A stretch of 31,514 nt of DNA, from positions 1 through 31,514 of IMG/VR virus record IMGVR_UViG_3300045988_120591. One strand, 5' to 3'. The position numbers and the translations under genes are program-made. Of the stretch, positions 1 through 11,700 are shown piece after piece (the first letter of the stretch is position 1; each line of letters begins with the position of its first letter). The notes under the pieces are model-generated. The model made no database searches, was not told where the DNA came from, and saw only the letters and a program-made list of their open reading frames with translations. Origin of the DNA: a virus.

Positions 1-55
1 ATCAGTTGTTTCTGCAAATGCCCATTTTGGATCTACTAATACAAGATTTTGAAAA
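1..55. repeat. Terminal direct repeat: bases 1-55 are identical to 31460-31514. This is the assembly overlap of a circular or circularly permuted genome with unique length 31459 bp.
   Basis: Direct comparison of both window ends. One minus-strand ORF runs across the junction in a single frame. Confidence 0.9.
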
Positions 56-654
56 TTATTCATTACAGAGAAATCATTATTATCTATTATTACTCCAATA
101 AATAAATAATTTGCGCTTACTTCTTTAGTAGTTGTAGGTATTTTAACATTAGATAAAGTAGCACTATGTATTGTTTGACCATAAAATTGAAATTCATTAG
201 CCCATTTTCCATATGCTTCATTAAGATTAGTAATCTCCTGGTTATTTAGATCAAAATGAGATGTTTTAAAAAACCCTCCTTTTCTACTTAAATCTCCACT
301 ATTTAACTTTACATCTGCATATGTTTGAGCAGAACTTATAATACTACAAAGAAGTACACCATCTATATTAAGGGCTAATTCACTTAAATCGGCAGTAAAA
401 CTAATTACTGTAGAATTAAGGCCAGATCCTCTACCCATTCAATCCCTTTGTATATCATTTATAGTTCCATCATAACTGCTAAATACATAACTGCAAGGAT
501 CAACTATTGTAGTACCTTGAGGAACTGGATTAGCAACTGTAACTATTTGTGGATTACAAGGATTGATAGGCCAGACTTTGGTACTGCCAACATAAATAGC
601 AGTACCTTGTCTGTCACCTACATAAAATGTTTTTAAATCATCTCTAATATTCAT
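1..654 (-). CDS. DUF285/BspA-like leucine-rich-repeat protein, paralog 2, N-terminal part. The whole protein is 373 aa and continues across the circular junction into 30992..31459. Candidate receptor-binding protein.
   Basis: ATG at 652-654 lies directly after the TAA of the fibre gene. I translated 56-438 codon by codon: the frame is open, with a single TGA at 439-441, and it is in phase with the ORF at the other window end. Confidence 0.6.
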
Positions 655-655
655 A

Positions 656-2791
656 TTATTCTACAATTAAATATTGTGTATTAGGATCTTTAGTTGATAA
701 ACTATTATACTCTGCTTGAGTTAGAACAGTAATAGTCTCTATTTGAGGTTGAGTTCCAGTTCCAGCTTCAATATAGTTTCCAGCAGGCTGAATACCTAAA
801 TCTGATAAACTCTTATTGCCAGATAACTCAACAGAATTAATCTGAGGTTTATTTGTTAACTGAGTATAGTCAGTAGTCCCTCCACCTCCAGATATTTCAA
901 GATTACCTTCTCCTAAAATACTTTCACCATTAATAGTCTTTATATTAGTACCAGAAACTAACTGTTCTTGATAACTATGATAACTAGTATCAGCAGATAC
1001 TCCAGTTGGAGTAATAGTAGTTTGAACTACAGTATGATTAGCTGTAGTACTTTCAAAATGGAAAGTAGCTTGAATATTTTCTCCTGAAACAAAACATACT
1101 TCTGGAGCTGCTATATCACCATAACCTAGAATACTTACATAATAAAGCTCAAATGGTGTTTTATTAGCTATAGCATTCTTAACAGCAGCGAAATCTCCAG
1201 AAAGATGAGTAGTGGAATTTATAAATAGAAATGGAATATTAGAGCCACTTTCAATTTCTATATTACCTTCTCCAAGTAAAGACTGACTATTGATTGTTTT
1301 GATATTAGTTCCACTTACAAGCAAATCTTGCTTAGTAGCCATCTCTTTATCAAGAGAATCAATCTTATCTCCATCTTCTTCTTGTTTTGTTTTAATAATT
1401 GATATATCTGAAGTATTAGTTGCTACTTGAGTAGATAGAGATTCTACCACAGAAGAATCAGCTTTACCAGCAAGTTCTGTTTTTGTTGCATAATCTCCTA
1501 CAGGCTGTTTAGTAGCAAGCTGCTCATCAACATAAGTCTTATCTGCTTTACCTGCTAAATCTCCAGAAACCTCTGCTTCACTTACAAAGTTAGAATCATT
1601 AGTAAGCTCACTAATTTTAGTTGGAATATCACTCTTTAAAGCATAATCACCAACTGGTTGGTATCCAGATAAATCTACAGATAATTGGGATTTATCTTCA
1701 TTAAAAGCTAATGGAGCTTGTGGAGTAAATACACCTTGCTTAGTTGCAAGTTTCTCATCTACTTCATCTTTAGTATAACCTTTATTAGTAAGATCAACCT
1801 CAGTAACTTTAACAGTCATATTACCATTATTTACTAAGATTGCATTAATAACTACTAATACACCATTATCTTGAAAATAATAGCCATATAAATCAATAGT
1901 TTCGGGATGCTCAATAGTTGCAACAGGAATAACTATAATATCACCTTTATATGTAATCTGGCAGAATAAATAGAAGTCCAGATTAGTTCTAATAAAGTCA
2001 TAGATATGTTTCTGTCTTACAGGATCATTCTCATCTAAATTAAGTAAGAAATGATTCTCAAAAGCAGAGATTACATTATCTATAATAGATATATTCTTTC
2101 CTGCTGTAAGCGTTCCCTGTTTTGAAGCTATCTCTTTATTAATAGCTGTATTTAAAGCATCAATTTCAGCTTTGGTATATTTATCTGCTAATTGTGCGTA
2201 TAGAGGACCATTAACAATACCAGCTTGATTAGTCTCTGTATTATATATTGGAAGTTCAACTGCTTCTCCAGTTTGATTACCAAATACAGGAGCTAAAGTA
2301 ACTTTAGATGGGACTGATTGAATATTAATGGCAGGTACTATTGAAGCTGCTCCAGATAATTCAGTTCCATTTAAAGATGGTTTGTTACGAATAGTATTAT
2401 AATCTGCAGAAATAGTATTCTCTTCAATTACTATACCGTCACCTTGAACGAGTGTATTTTGCTTTCCAGCAGTGGCTTCAGTAATCTCTGTAGTTACCTC
2501 TTCTTTAGTTGGATAGTCAGCTAGTTTCTCAGTAATCTGATTATCAACATCTTCAATAGAAGGAATTCCTAATTCTTTAGAAGGAATATTTCCATTTAAT
2601 TCAACCCCATTGATTTCAGGCTTAAATTGAAGATCTTGATAGTTACTTGATCCTAACTGAGAACCATCCATAACCTTAACTTCATCATCCTTGTCAATAA
2701 CAATAACTTTAGTCACATTTGACTTATCTATTGTTTCGACTTCAAGGACATTAAGATAGGGAAGAATTGTCTTTTCAGTTTTGTTTGCCAT
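656..2791 (-). CDS. Tail fibre protein (711 aa) with internal repeats
   Basis: Uninterrupted ORF ending in TAA. Repeats include LVSGTNIKTIN..S.LGEGN.EI (x2) and KP.ING.EL.GN (x3), plus ATKQ/GKADK fibre-like periodic motifs shared with 30097..30750. There is no Trp codon of either kind. Confidence 0.6.
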   Translation of the reverse strand: MANKTEKTILPYLNVLEVETIDKSNVTKVIVIDKDDEVKVMDGSQLGSSNYQDLQFKPEINGVELNGNIPSKELGIPSIEDVDNQITEKLADYPTKEEVTTEITEATAGKQNTLVQGDGIVIEENTISADYNTIRNKPSLNGTELSGAASIVPAINIQSVPSKVTLAPVFGNQTGEAVELPIYNTETNQAGIVNGPLYAQLADKYTKAEIDALNTAINKEIASKQGTLTAGKNISIIDNVISAFENHFLLNLDENDPVRQKHIYDFIRTNLDFYLFCQITYKGDIIVIPVATIEHPETIDLYGYYFQDNGVLVVINAILVNNGNMTVKVTEVDLTNKGYTKDEVDEKLATKQGVFTPQAPLAFNEDKSQLSVDLSGYQPVGDYALKSDIPTKISELTNDSNFVSEAEVSGDLAGKADKTYVDEQLATKQPVGDYATKTELAGKADSSVVESLSTQVATNTSDISIIKTKQEEDGDKIDSLDKEMATKQDLLVSGTNIKTINSQSLLGEGNIEIESGSNIPFLFINSTTHLSGDFAAVKNAIANKTPFELYYVSILGYGDIAAPEVCFVSGENIQATFHFESTTANHTVVQTTITPTGVSADTSYHSYQEQLVSGTNIKTINGESILGEGNLEISGGGGTTDYTQLTNKPQINSVELSGNKSLSDLGIQPAGNYIEAGTGTQPQIETITVLTQAEYNSLSTKDPNTQYLIVE

Positions 2792-2845
2792 ATTATTTTT
2801 CTATAAAATATAAATTATTCATTATGTGGTATATAAACAAAATAA

Positions 2846-2871
2846 GGGGCAAGTAAATTAATACTCGCCCC
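2846..2871 (-). terminator. Rho-independent terminator after the capsid/tube genes
   Basis: GGGGC(A)AG ... CT(C)GCCCC stem. On the minus strand it is followed by TTATTTTGTTT and sits 12 nt after the tube gene stop. Confidence 0.6.
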
Positions 2872-2882
2872 TCTTTCTGTTA

Positions 2883-3407
2883 TTAAGCACCTACAACGCT
2901 TTGGATAGCTTCTGCAGATAACTCATAAGGATAAGAATCTGAATCTGTTGAAAGTGTCAGAGTATAAGCATTCTGATCACCTTTAGCAGTACCAGTAACA
3001 CCCGTACCAGCGGAAGCGCTTACATAATCATCTTTACCTAAGAACCAATACTTACCATTGCTATCTTCAACAACAACTGCAAGCTGACCAATTGATAAAG
3101 CTGCAATCTCTACTCGTTTTGCTGTTTCCATCTTTGTAAATACAAGAGCAAGCTCATTACTTACATAATTAACACCAGCACTTTCATCTACATTTAAAGT
3201 TGAGGTTAGAGAACCAGTAGCCTTTCTAAATTGGTAGTTATACCATTTAGCTGAAGACTCAAGAGTAATAGCTGAAATCATATTGCTCTCAGGATCAACC
3301 GTTACACTTTTAACATCTGCATACTGGGTAATCCATACCTGTTTGATTCCACCCAATGAAGGTTGGCAATCAAGTGTGATTCCTGCGATAGTTATTAAAC
3401 AAGCCAT
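2883..3407 (-). CDS. Major tail (tube) protein, 174 aa
   Basis: Size, position after the capsid gene, and sequence character typical of siphovirus major tail proteins (..GGIKQVWITQYADV.., ..DSNGKYWFLG.., ..TGTAKGDQNAYTLTL..). No in-frame TGA. Confidence 0.55.
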   Translation of the reverse strand: MACLITIAGITLDCQPSLGGIKQVWITQYADVKSVTVDPESNMISAITLESSAKWYNYQFRKATGSLTSTLNVDESAGVNYVSNELALVFTKMETAKRVEIAALSIGQLAVVVEDSNGKYWFLGKDDYVSASAGTGVTGTAKGDQNAYTLTLSTDSDSYPYELSAEAIQSVVGA

Positions 3408-3447
3408 AATTTCAATATCATTTAGAAGTTAATAAAATCTATTGAAA

Positions 3448-4353
3448 TTAAGCCTTGGCACCTAATACTACTTCGTCAGGGAAAGCAACTTGTACACCAG
3501 CGTTAAATTCAATAGCTAATCTGAACTCGCGGAAATCCTGTGAATACCACAATTCGAATTTCTCTTCATCGTTCATCATATCTACACCATAGAAGAAGTT
3601 CTTGTCTAACTGACCAGCAACAATCTTATCAGTTCCATTAAGACCATTAACAGCAATAACCTTAACCTGCGAACCAGGAAGATAAATCTCACCATCAAGG
3701 CTTTCTCCGCTATAGTGGAAATAGTTCTTCTCAACAAGTTCATTTACGAACTTACGGAACATATCAGCACCAACAAGAATAGAAGCACCATCAAGAACCT
3801 TCTCAGGAATTGCATTATAAACTGCCATAATGTCAGTATAGGCAGATGTTCCAGCAATTGTTACATCAACAACACCATCAGCAGCACCAAGGATCTTTAA
3901 CAGACCATCAAAATACTTCAGGTTATTAGTTTCTGAAGCCGTATCACCCTGCCAGATAGCTATCTCAATAGCCTCTTTTACGTTCTCTACAACAGCATTT
4001 ACGAAATCCTCTTCAAAAGGAAGAGTCTTCTGACCAGCGGCTACCTTAACTGCATACTGAGTCCAGTATTTCAGCATAGCCTTATCGCAATATGCCATAT
4101 TAATCTTAATATTACCAGTCTTAAGAATTCTCTGAGAAAGAGTCTGAGTTCCAGACTCATCCCAACCACAAGTAAGACCATCACCGAACTGAACATCGGT
4201 AGATAACAGGTTAAGAGCAGCATCAGTTTTAATATCTGTCTGAAGATTAAATAAACTTGCACTCTTAGCTTTTAAAACCGCTTCCTTAATAAGAGGGAGA
4301 CGTCTTTGCTCCACATAAGCAGGAAGAGTTGTCATTACAGGACTATTTGCCAT
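3448..4353 (-). CDS. Major capsid protein (HK97-fold type), 301 aa
   Basis: Lies directly downstream of the protease and scaffold genes, with typical size and sequence character. All four Trp are TGG. Ends in TAA. Confidence 0.75.
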   Translation of the reverse strand: MANSPVMTTLPAYVEQRRLPLIKEAVLKAKSASLFNLQTDIKTDAALNLLSTDVQFGDGLTCGWDESGTQTLSQRILKTGNIKINMAYCDKAMLKYWTQYAVKVAAGQKTLPFEEDFVNAVVENVKEAIEIAIWQGDTASETNNLKYFDGLLKILGAADGVVDVTIAGTSAYTDIMAVYNAIPEKVLDGASILVGADMFRKFVNELVEKNYFHYSGESLDGEIYLPGSQVKVIAVNGLNGTDKIVAGQLDKNFFYGVDMMNDEEKFELWYSQDFREFRLAIEFNAGVQVAFPDEVVLGAKA

Positions 4354-4374
4354 AATTATTTAAAATTTTATAAA

Positions 4375-4989
4375 TTAACCAATAAAGTTTTTAAGCTTTC
4401 TATCTATTTCTGCTATCCCACTTATAGGAGCAGTTGTTTTATTTTCAAGTGTTTCCTCTGCTGAAAAAGCAGCACTCATCTTACTCATTTTTTCTACAGT
4501 CTTTTCAGTAGCTTCTGATTTTCCTTCAAGTTCTGCTACTTTCTTAACAAGCTTATCTACAATATCGTAAAGCTCATTAATTTCGCGATGAATAGCGTCG
4601 ATTGCATCAGTCTCAGTTTCTTTAACACCGTCTGTTTCAACAGCAGGATCAGTAACTTCCTCAGCTTTTACTTTCTTAGTTCCACAAGCAGCATCAACCT
4701 CAACAGTTCTCATACCCTCTTCTGGATCAACTTCAGCTTTAGGATCAGTAATGGACTCTACTTTACCGTCTTTAACAACAATCGTTTTGCCATCTTCGGT
4801 AACATACTCACCATCAGCAGCAGGTGCATATTCGCCAGTATCAGTATCCATTGTATATACACTCATACCTGCCCTTAGATCCTCATCCTCACTACCATCG
4901 TAAGTTAGAACTCCAGCACTAGTCTTAACATCGTTAAATTTTGCTAAGAGTTTACTAAGTTCGATTCTCAGTTTAGTTAATTTGTTCAT
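4375..4989 (-). CDS. Scaffolding protein (acidic, coiled-coil), 204 aa
   Basis: Lies between the protease and the capsid gene. Highly acidic and Lys/Glu-rich with helical heptad character. Confidence 0.55.
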   Translation of the reverse strand: MNKLTKLRIELSKLLAKFNDVKTSAGVLTYDGSEDEDLRAGMSVYTMDTDTGEYAPAADGEYVTEDGKTIVVKDGKVESITDPKAEVDPEEGMRTVEVDAACGTKKVKAEEVTDPAVETDGVKETETDAIDAIHREINELYDIVDKLVKKVAELEGKSEATEKTVEKMSKMSAAFSAEETLENKTTAPISGIAEIDRKLKNFIG

Positions 4990-5584
4990 ACTTAAATTTA
5001 AAATTTTTATGATAGTTTTGTTTATTTTTGCAACATTTTATAATAGCACTATGATCAAAATTTCCGTTTCTTTCAGCGTCCATAGCAGATTTCCAAGTGC
5101 ATATATAAGTATCATTAATATCTGTCATAATTATACGTTTACTTACTTTTTCTTTCTGCTGTTCAGTTTGTTTAGTTCCCAATCTACATTCTCTTAACTT
5201 TAATTTTGTTTCATCCTTTAATACTCTTCCAGACTGTTTTAAAGACATTTTGTGTTTAGATTCTTCACTGTGTTTAAATCCAGTATTAGAACCTCCACCT
5301 TCATTTAAATTATAACCATTATTTAATGTATCAAATAACTGAATATATTTAATTTCTGCATTATTTAGTTGTCTTTTCAATAATTCTGTAGAAGAACAAC
5401 AAAAGATTTGAAGAATTTCCCATTTAAAGTTATTGAATCCATATTTCCTAATCGCTCTATGAAAATATGTAAGATTAGAACTGTATTTATGTTCATTCTT
5501 TCTTCTCAAGAAATTATTTGTTTGTCCTACATATTTATTGCCATTTATAAGATTTGTTGCTAGATATATAACTCCACTATACAT
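4973..5584 (-). CDS. GIY-YIG homing endonuclease 1 (I-TevI-like, with NUMOD3-like repeats), 203 aa
   Basis: Motifs GVIYLATNLINGNKYVGQT, RRKNEH, YFHRAIRKYG, NGYNLNEGG, then GFKHSEESKHKMS and KDETKLKL. Inserted between the protease and scaffold genes, overlapping the scaffold start by 17 nt. Contains no TGA. Confidence 0.8.
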   Translation of the reverse strand: MYSGVIYLATNLINGNKYVGQTNNFLRRKNEHKYSSNLTYFHRAIRKYGFNNFKWEILQIFCCSSTELLKRQLNNAEIKYIQLFDTLNNGYNLNEGGGSNTGFKHSEESKHKMSLKQSGRVLKDETKLKLRECRLGTKQTEQQKEKVSKRIIMTDINDTYICTWKSAMDAERNGNFDHSAIIKCCKNKQNYHKNFKFKYEQIN

Positions 5585-5585
5585 T

Positions 5586-6176
5586 CTATTTAACTCTTTT
5601 TATTTTTCTCAACATTTTTTGAATCTCTTTAAGTTCCTCATATTCATCAGATTGTCTTTCTAAAGTAAACAATCCCTCAATAGAGAACCCTTTAAACTTG
5701 CCAGCTTTAATTGCATCCCATATAACAGGATTATTTACTTTATAAGTAGCAAATAATGAACCATCTGGACAATCAGCAAATTCAACTGGATTAATTCCTC
5801 TATCTATATCTTTAATATATAGTTCTTGAAGAATTATTCCAGGAATTACTGAATCTTCCAAATGTTCAATATTTACATCAGTAGTTCTCTTATCATACAT
5901 CATTTTTTCAGCCATTAAACGGAGAGTTTCTTTATCATATTGAATATAATATTCTCCGTTTTTACTATCCCGTCTAAATATAGGTATATCACATACCATT
6001 AAACAAGAAGTAACTATATGTTTTTCTTCATCCATCGAGAACTTCTGAGATTCCCCAAAAGCAAGCCAATTAACTTGGGTTGCAGGTTTACTGGTCAATG
6101 CTACGAACTCTATTCCATCACAATCATCAGCAATAATTGCTTGATATAATGGAAGATCATTATACATTTTTTCCAT
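5586..6176 (-). CDS. Prohead protease, XkdF-like serine protease family (from memory), 196 aa
   Basis: Position upstream of the scaffold and capsid genes. The C-terminal KGFSIEG motif and overall layout resemble XkdF-type phage proteases. Ends in TAG. Confidence 0.55.
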   Translation of the reverse strand: MEKMYNDLPLYQAIIADDCDGIEFVALTSKPATQVNWLAFGESQKFSMDEEKHIVTSCLMVCDIPIFRRDSKNGEYYIQYDKETLRLMAEKMMYDKRTTDVNIEHLEDSVIPGIILQELYIKDIDRGINPVEFADCPDGSLFATYKVNNPVIWDAIKAGKFKGFSIEGLFTLERQSDEYEELKEIQKMLRKIKRVK

Positions 6177-6255
6177 TTTTTATTAATATATAAGCTATTT
6201 TAAAAATGTAATATTGTTACAATCTTTTATTTTTATATATTTATATACTATCAAA

Positions 6256-6304
6256 TGTCAAGTTTTTTACTCAAATTTGTATCTAAGATAAATAAATTTT
6301 GACA
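6256..6304 (+). repeat. Dispersed 50-bp element, copy 1 (49 bp, most divergent)
   Basis: TGTCAAGTTTTTTACTCAA...AAATAAATTTTGACA, aligned by eye with copies at 15367, 21575 and 29022. Confidence 0.8.
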
Positions 6305-6307
6305 TAG

Positions 6308-6351
6308 CACTACTATATAAGCACTGATAATCAGCAACTTACATAGTAGTG
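6308..6351. other. Nested inverted repeat downstream of the tape-measure gene
   Basis: CACTACTAT (6308-6316) pairs with ATAGTAGTG (6343-6351). It encloses the palindrome CTGATAATCAG (6324-6334). Confidence 0.4.
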
Positions 6352-6375
6352 TGTCATAAATTTTACTCACTTTAG
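6352..6375 (+). repeat. Partial fifth copy of the left half of the dispersed element, overlapping the tape-measure stop codon
   Basis: TGTCATAAATTTTACTCACTTTAG compared with the consensus TGTCAAGTTTTTTACTCACTTTTAG. Confidence 0.55.
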
Positions 6376-8714
6376 AAACTTGCATTTGATTCTGTAACTG
6401 CAACTTTAGTTTGAGCAGTAGTAATATCACTCTCAACTACATAACATTTAACTGGTTGATTCAATTCATCAGTCTCTTTATTGCCAAGTAAGTTTCGAGT
6501 ATATTCTACAGGAGCTGTATTTAAAGCAGCAGGAGCAGTAGTTCCTGCATCACTTCCAGAACCTCCAGATGAAGGAAGCTGCTCATTTTGGATAGCTTTT
6601 ACATTAGCAATACCAGCTATAACAGCAGTAGCAGCTGCAATAGGAGCAAGAATAGGTCCTACAAATGGAATACCCACCATAGCTTTATATGCACCTTGGG
6701 CAGAACTGATAGTATCAATAATAGCTTGAGTAGTAGCTAATGCTTTATAAACTTTAAATGATTTCTCTCTTTGCTTCTCTGATTTTGAATCATCACTAGC
6801 TTCTTGTTTAAATACATTAGCTAAAGCTCCACTTAAAGAAGAAGCTACATTCATAGTAGCTTGAATAGCCTGTTGCTTTTTAGCTTGTCTATCTTTAAAT
6901 GCTTGAAGATCTGCTTCTTCTCTTGCATTAGCTGCTTCTGATAAAGCTATATCATTAGCTTCTTGCTGTAATTTAATTGCTTGAGATTGATTGGCATATT
7001 CTTGTTCAGTTATCAGCTTATTGTTATATTGCTCATCTAAAATAGCTTGCTGTTGAGACATCAATTCATTCTCTCTTGTAATTCTATCTTTAGTGAGATT
7101 ATATAACTGTTCATTATAAGCTAATGTATCTTGATATTGTCTTTGAACATCTTCTCCAGATTGATAAAAATCCGTTGAACCAAATTGTTGAACTCTAGTT
7201 TCATAACTTCCAGATTTACCTGCAGATAATGCAGCCTCTTTATTTGCAAATAATTGAGATTCCCTATCTTGCATTTCTTGTAATGCAGATAATCTATCTT
7301 GAAGCTCTGTTTTATAAATTTCTCTCTGATCTTCTAAATATTCTTTATTATATGCATCATTTACTTGTTTAACTCTTTTTAAATATTCCTCTTGAGTTAA
7401 TTCTTTTTTATCGAGTAGCCATTTTAAATCATTTAATTGTAACTGATAATTTTCTTTTAAAATTAAATTTTCTCTATCTGTTTCACTTAATAAAGTTTTT
7501 TCATTATCAGACCAATATTTATCAATAGCTGCTTTTTTAGTTTTTATTTCATCTTGAAGTTTATCTAAAGCCTGTTTTCTAGCTCTTGCCGCTTCTTCTT
7601 CTGCTTTTTTTCTATCTTCAAGAATTTTATTTCCTGTTTTTACAAGATTTTGATAATCCCTTAAAGGATTTTTAGTCTCGTCTAAGTATTTAGTGTTATC
7701 TGCTAAACTTTCAGAAACTCTTTGTAATTCTAATCTCGCCTCTTTTACATCCTTCCCAGTTACTTTTTTTAAGAATTGTTGTCTAGATAATGTATTTTTA
7801 AATAATTCTGAGATTTCCTCTTCTGTTTTACCAAATCTTGTACCTATTGATAGTAAATCTTTATCATAAGCAGTTAGGGCATTCCTAAATGCCTTATCTA
7901 ATTCTATAATATCTTTCAAAAATGCCTTAGCTTCCCTTTCTTCAAAAGTTTGAAGGGTAACAGCAGCTCCTACTTTTGATAATTCCTTATATGCATCAGT
8001 AGCTTTAATTACATTTTCTATCTCAGTTTGTAGTTCTGGATTTAATTTGATTAGGTTTTCATACTCTTCTCTTCAAAATGATTCTTTAGCTTGAGTTCTT
8101 AAATTCTCATTTCTTTGTCTAATATTTTCTATTTCATCGCTTGTTAATTTAGCTTCATCTTTTAGTGAAGTAAGTTTATCTATAAGCAAACCAACTGCTA
8201 CAAGTAGAGCACCAATTCCTGTTGATACTAATGCTGCCTTAAATCCATTCATAGCAACTGATGTACCAGTTATTGCTACAGATAATGCTTTAAATGATTT
8301 TACTCCATTAAGAATACCTTCACCTAAACCTTTTAATCCTCCAATTCCCTGAACTATAGCAATTGCTGCTTGCAATTTAACCATAGTTTTTTGAAGATTC
8401 TCTGTATCTTTTCCAAATAAAGTGAATGCTGCACTAACAGCTGAAACTCCTCCAGCTAAACCTCCTGCTACTTGATTTATACTGTCAAACGCCTTAACTG
8501 CATTTACAGTTTTACCTTGCATAGATTCTGTAGCAACACCTAACTTATTTTGAACATTAACAAGTTCTTCAAGCTTTTTAGTATAGTCAGTACTACCAAT
8601 CTCAAGATCTTCAAGTTCAGCCGTCAAGCCAGCTACTTCTTCTCGTAGCTGCTTGATCGACTTTGAACTGGTTTTAGTATCTACACTAATTACTTTTTTA
8701 ATTTCTTCAGCCAT
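6372..8714 (-). CDS. Tape measure protein, 780 aa (fusion of track ORFs 8073..8714 and 6372..7919 through TGA at 8073)
   Basis: Both fragments share a frame (coordinates = 0 mod 3), and I checked that 7920-8072 contains no TAA or TAG. The sequence has long coiled-coil stretches plus Gly/Ala-rich hydrophobic segments typical of tape measure proteins. Ends in TAA. Confidence 0.75.
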
Positions 8715-8715
8715 A

Positions 8716-11700
8716 TTAGTTTATAGTTACGTTTTTAACAGTATCTTCTGTTAGTGTTAAATTCTCTGTATATTTAACTGTTCCTGTTGGTCCGTCAGAT
8801 ACTCTAAATAAAAATTGAACTCCATTTTGAGCATATATTCTATAACTTCCATCATCTCTCATATAAGTGACATTTAAGAAATTATCATTTTCAGTTAGAA
8901 TCTGATTAACGCCAGAAGGAATACCTCCAGTAGAAGTTTGAAGCTTTCCTGTAATAAGAATAGCTTTATTTGGGTCTGGAGTTTGAGTAAACATACATTG
9001 AGGGCCATTTATACTTCCTTGTTTATAAAGACTAAAATAGAAACTCCTTTGATTATATGTAGTATTCTCATTATAAGTAACTGTTAATTCTGTTTCTCCA
9101 GGTTGCCCAGATTCAGGTGTAATGCTTACAATTTCATTTGGACTATATCATCCTAATTCTCAAGGAATATTAGAAGTAACTGTAATCTTTTTAGTCCCAG
9201 CTTTATAATCTACAACTGGATCTGAATCGTCAAATGATATATACTCACCTAAATTTTGAATTCCAGCTAAATAACTATTAATATCTTGAACTTTAATAAA
9301 TTCACATCTAACTGTAGAATCTGAATTAATATCATAAGCATCAATCTTATTAAGTACCCAGTAAGAATCTTCAAAATAATAGAACTGTCTAAGTAAATCA
9401 TACTTAACATCTAAATCATCCAATCTTACAAAGCAGGTAACTTTTTTAGTATTTACATCAAATTGATCATTATAAAATTCACTCCAGAATCTACTATATA
9501 AAGTAGATTGTTCTAAATAACTAACTTTATCAATGTATATTTCTCTTGGAACCCCAAAATCTCAAGATGAAGATATAAAATTACTAGAAATAGTGTATCT
9601 TATAAATTGTGGTAATATGTTTCTTCTAATAGCTATTTTTTGTCCTGCAGAATTATTTTCACTATTAGTATAGATATAACAAGGTTCTCCATCATTAAGA
9701 ACTGACATTTCTGTAACATCATCAGTAATCCAATAATAAATAGGATTACCATTTATATCTTTCATATTAACATCATCATTATAAAATAATAAAGTACTTT
9801 TTATCTCTTCAAGACTTTGTTCATTATTATCTAATGTATAAAAACAAGTTTTTGCAAATATATCATTTCCAGGAACATCCCACCATTCTGTAGTCTTACC
9901 TTGGTCTATAAAATTAGCTCCATATAAATCCTGATCATTAGTCTTTACTTCTGTAGAAGTTCTATTAAATAAACTATATGTAATATTATCATTCATAAAT
10001 GCGGGTACATAAGTATTTCCAGAATTAAAGAAATTTCTAAAATACTTATCTGCATCTCTTGCTGATACTACATTTTGAAATATATTTCCAGAATATAAAT
10101 CAGTATTATCACTATTAAAATTATATCCAGTGTTTAATCTTTGCTGACCATAATCTATATCATATTGTCTATCATATTTCTTGGCATAATATGTTTCTGG
10201 AGTTTCTAATGACATAGTGTATCACTTCTTATCAAATAATATTGGATTTACATTGAAGTCTTTAGAATAATCAATTCTTTTACTCCAATCAGAGATTATA
10301 TTCTTAAAGAAATTATTTCTAGTATGTATTCTAATTGTTTTACTATCAATATCTTTTGTAAAATATAATCCAAATAGTTTTGCATAACTTAATAAGTAAT
10401 CAGCAGGAGATTGTTCTGTCTTTAATAATTTCTGCTTAGTAATTAAAGCATCAGAAGTAACTGCTGAAGGCCAAGAAGCCTTTAATGTATATTGAGTTTC
10501 ATCATATAAAAATTCTGACCATCCAGCCACTCTATTTGCTGTGACATTATTAGGATGCATATTATCTGATTGTCATACTGCATCTTGATTGTATAAACTC
10601 TCAGTTCTTCTTGCAATTTGTATATTCACTAAAATCTTATTAACTTTAGGCATATCTTTTACAGTAAATCTGAAAGTATTAGTATTATTATCACTTTTAA
10701 AATAATACCTATTTCCACTATCTTTTACAAAGTGACCAAAAATAGCTTCTACAGGTGCATCAGTTAATGGATAATAATTAAACCAAGTTCCAGGTCCTGA
10801 TTGAACTTGAGTGTTTATCTTATTTGTAAAGTTATATAAAGGAGAGTATGCTATAGGTCTACTAGGAGATGAAGTATCTTCAGCATCATATATCAATATC
10901 TGTGCTGTTACTGATGTTCTGTAAGGATCATTCCTATAATCTGTATTTCCAGCTCTTCCGTTCCTTACATAAGATAAATATAAATCATTACCTGCTGAAA
11001 CATTTGCATTATAAAATAGCTGAAAATCAACATTAATATTAACAAGAGTATTAGCAGGAGTTGCAGATAAATCAATTACTTGACCTTCCCCAGGAACTAT
11101 TACATCACTCCCTGTAACACTAAATCTACCCCAGTTTACTGAAGTAGTTGTTCCTCCAGGTTTTAATCCGCACCAAAATAAATCATTATATTTAGTAAGT
11201 TTGGCATTCTCTGTAATATTATCTGATTCTTCATCTTCAGTAGATCCTAATAAAGGCAATGCAACAAATGCTTTATTTCAATATGGATTTGAGTAATTAA
11301 AGAAATCTGGGTCCATTATAACATCATATCCAGAATTTTCTTTTCTACAGATAGTTTCAATTAACTTACTCAATTTTAAAGCTGGCCTCTGCATATAACT
11401 TCTAAGATCTCTCATCTCCCATTCTGTATATGCTCTATTTAATTTAGCTAATCCATACCCATTATAAGGTGTATATGTAACTCCTGAATCTGTCTTACTA
11501 GTAGGAAATATGCTATTTTCATTAGTATTTATTAAACAAGTTTCATTATCAAAGTTTTCATATAAACCATTATATGCTGGAATGAATGTTAAATAGTCAT
11601 AGATTTGACTGCCTTCATTCGTTTTATTTCAGTCAAAACAAGTATTTACAAAATCTTTGTTAATATAAAAATTAAGTTCAGTATCAGCAGGAAGTGTATT

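Noticed and set aside
6251-6436. 61-aa minus-strand ORF spanning the tape-measure 3' end, the nested hairpin and repeat copy 1
   Set aside because: It overlaps the tape-measure stop region and the conserved non-coding element. The sequence is low complexity and there is no supporting motif.
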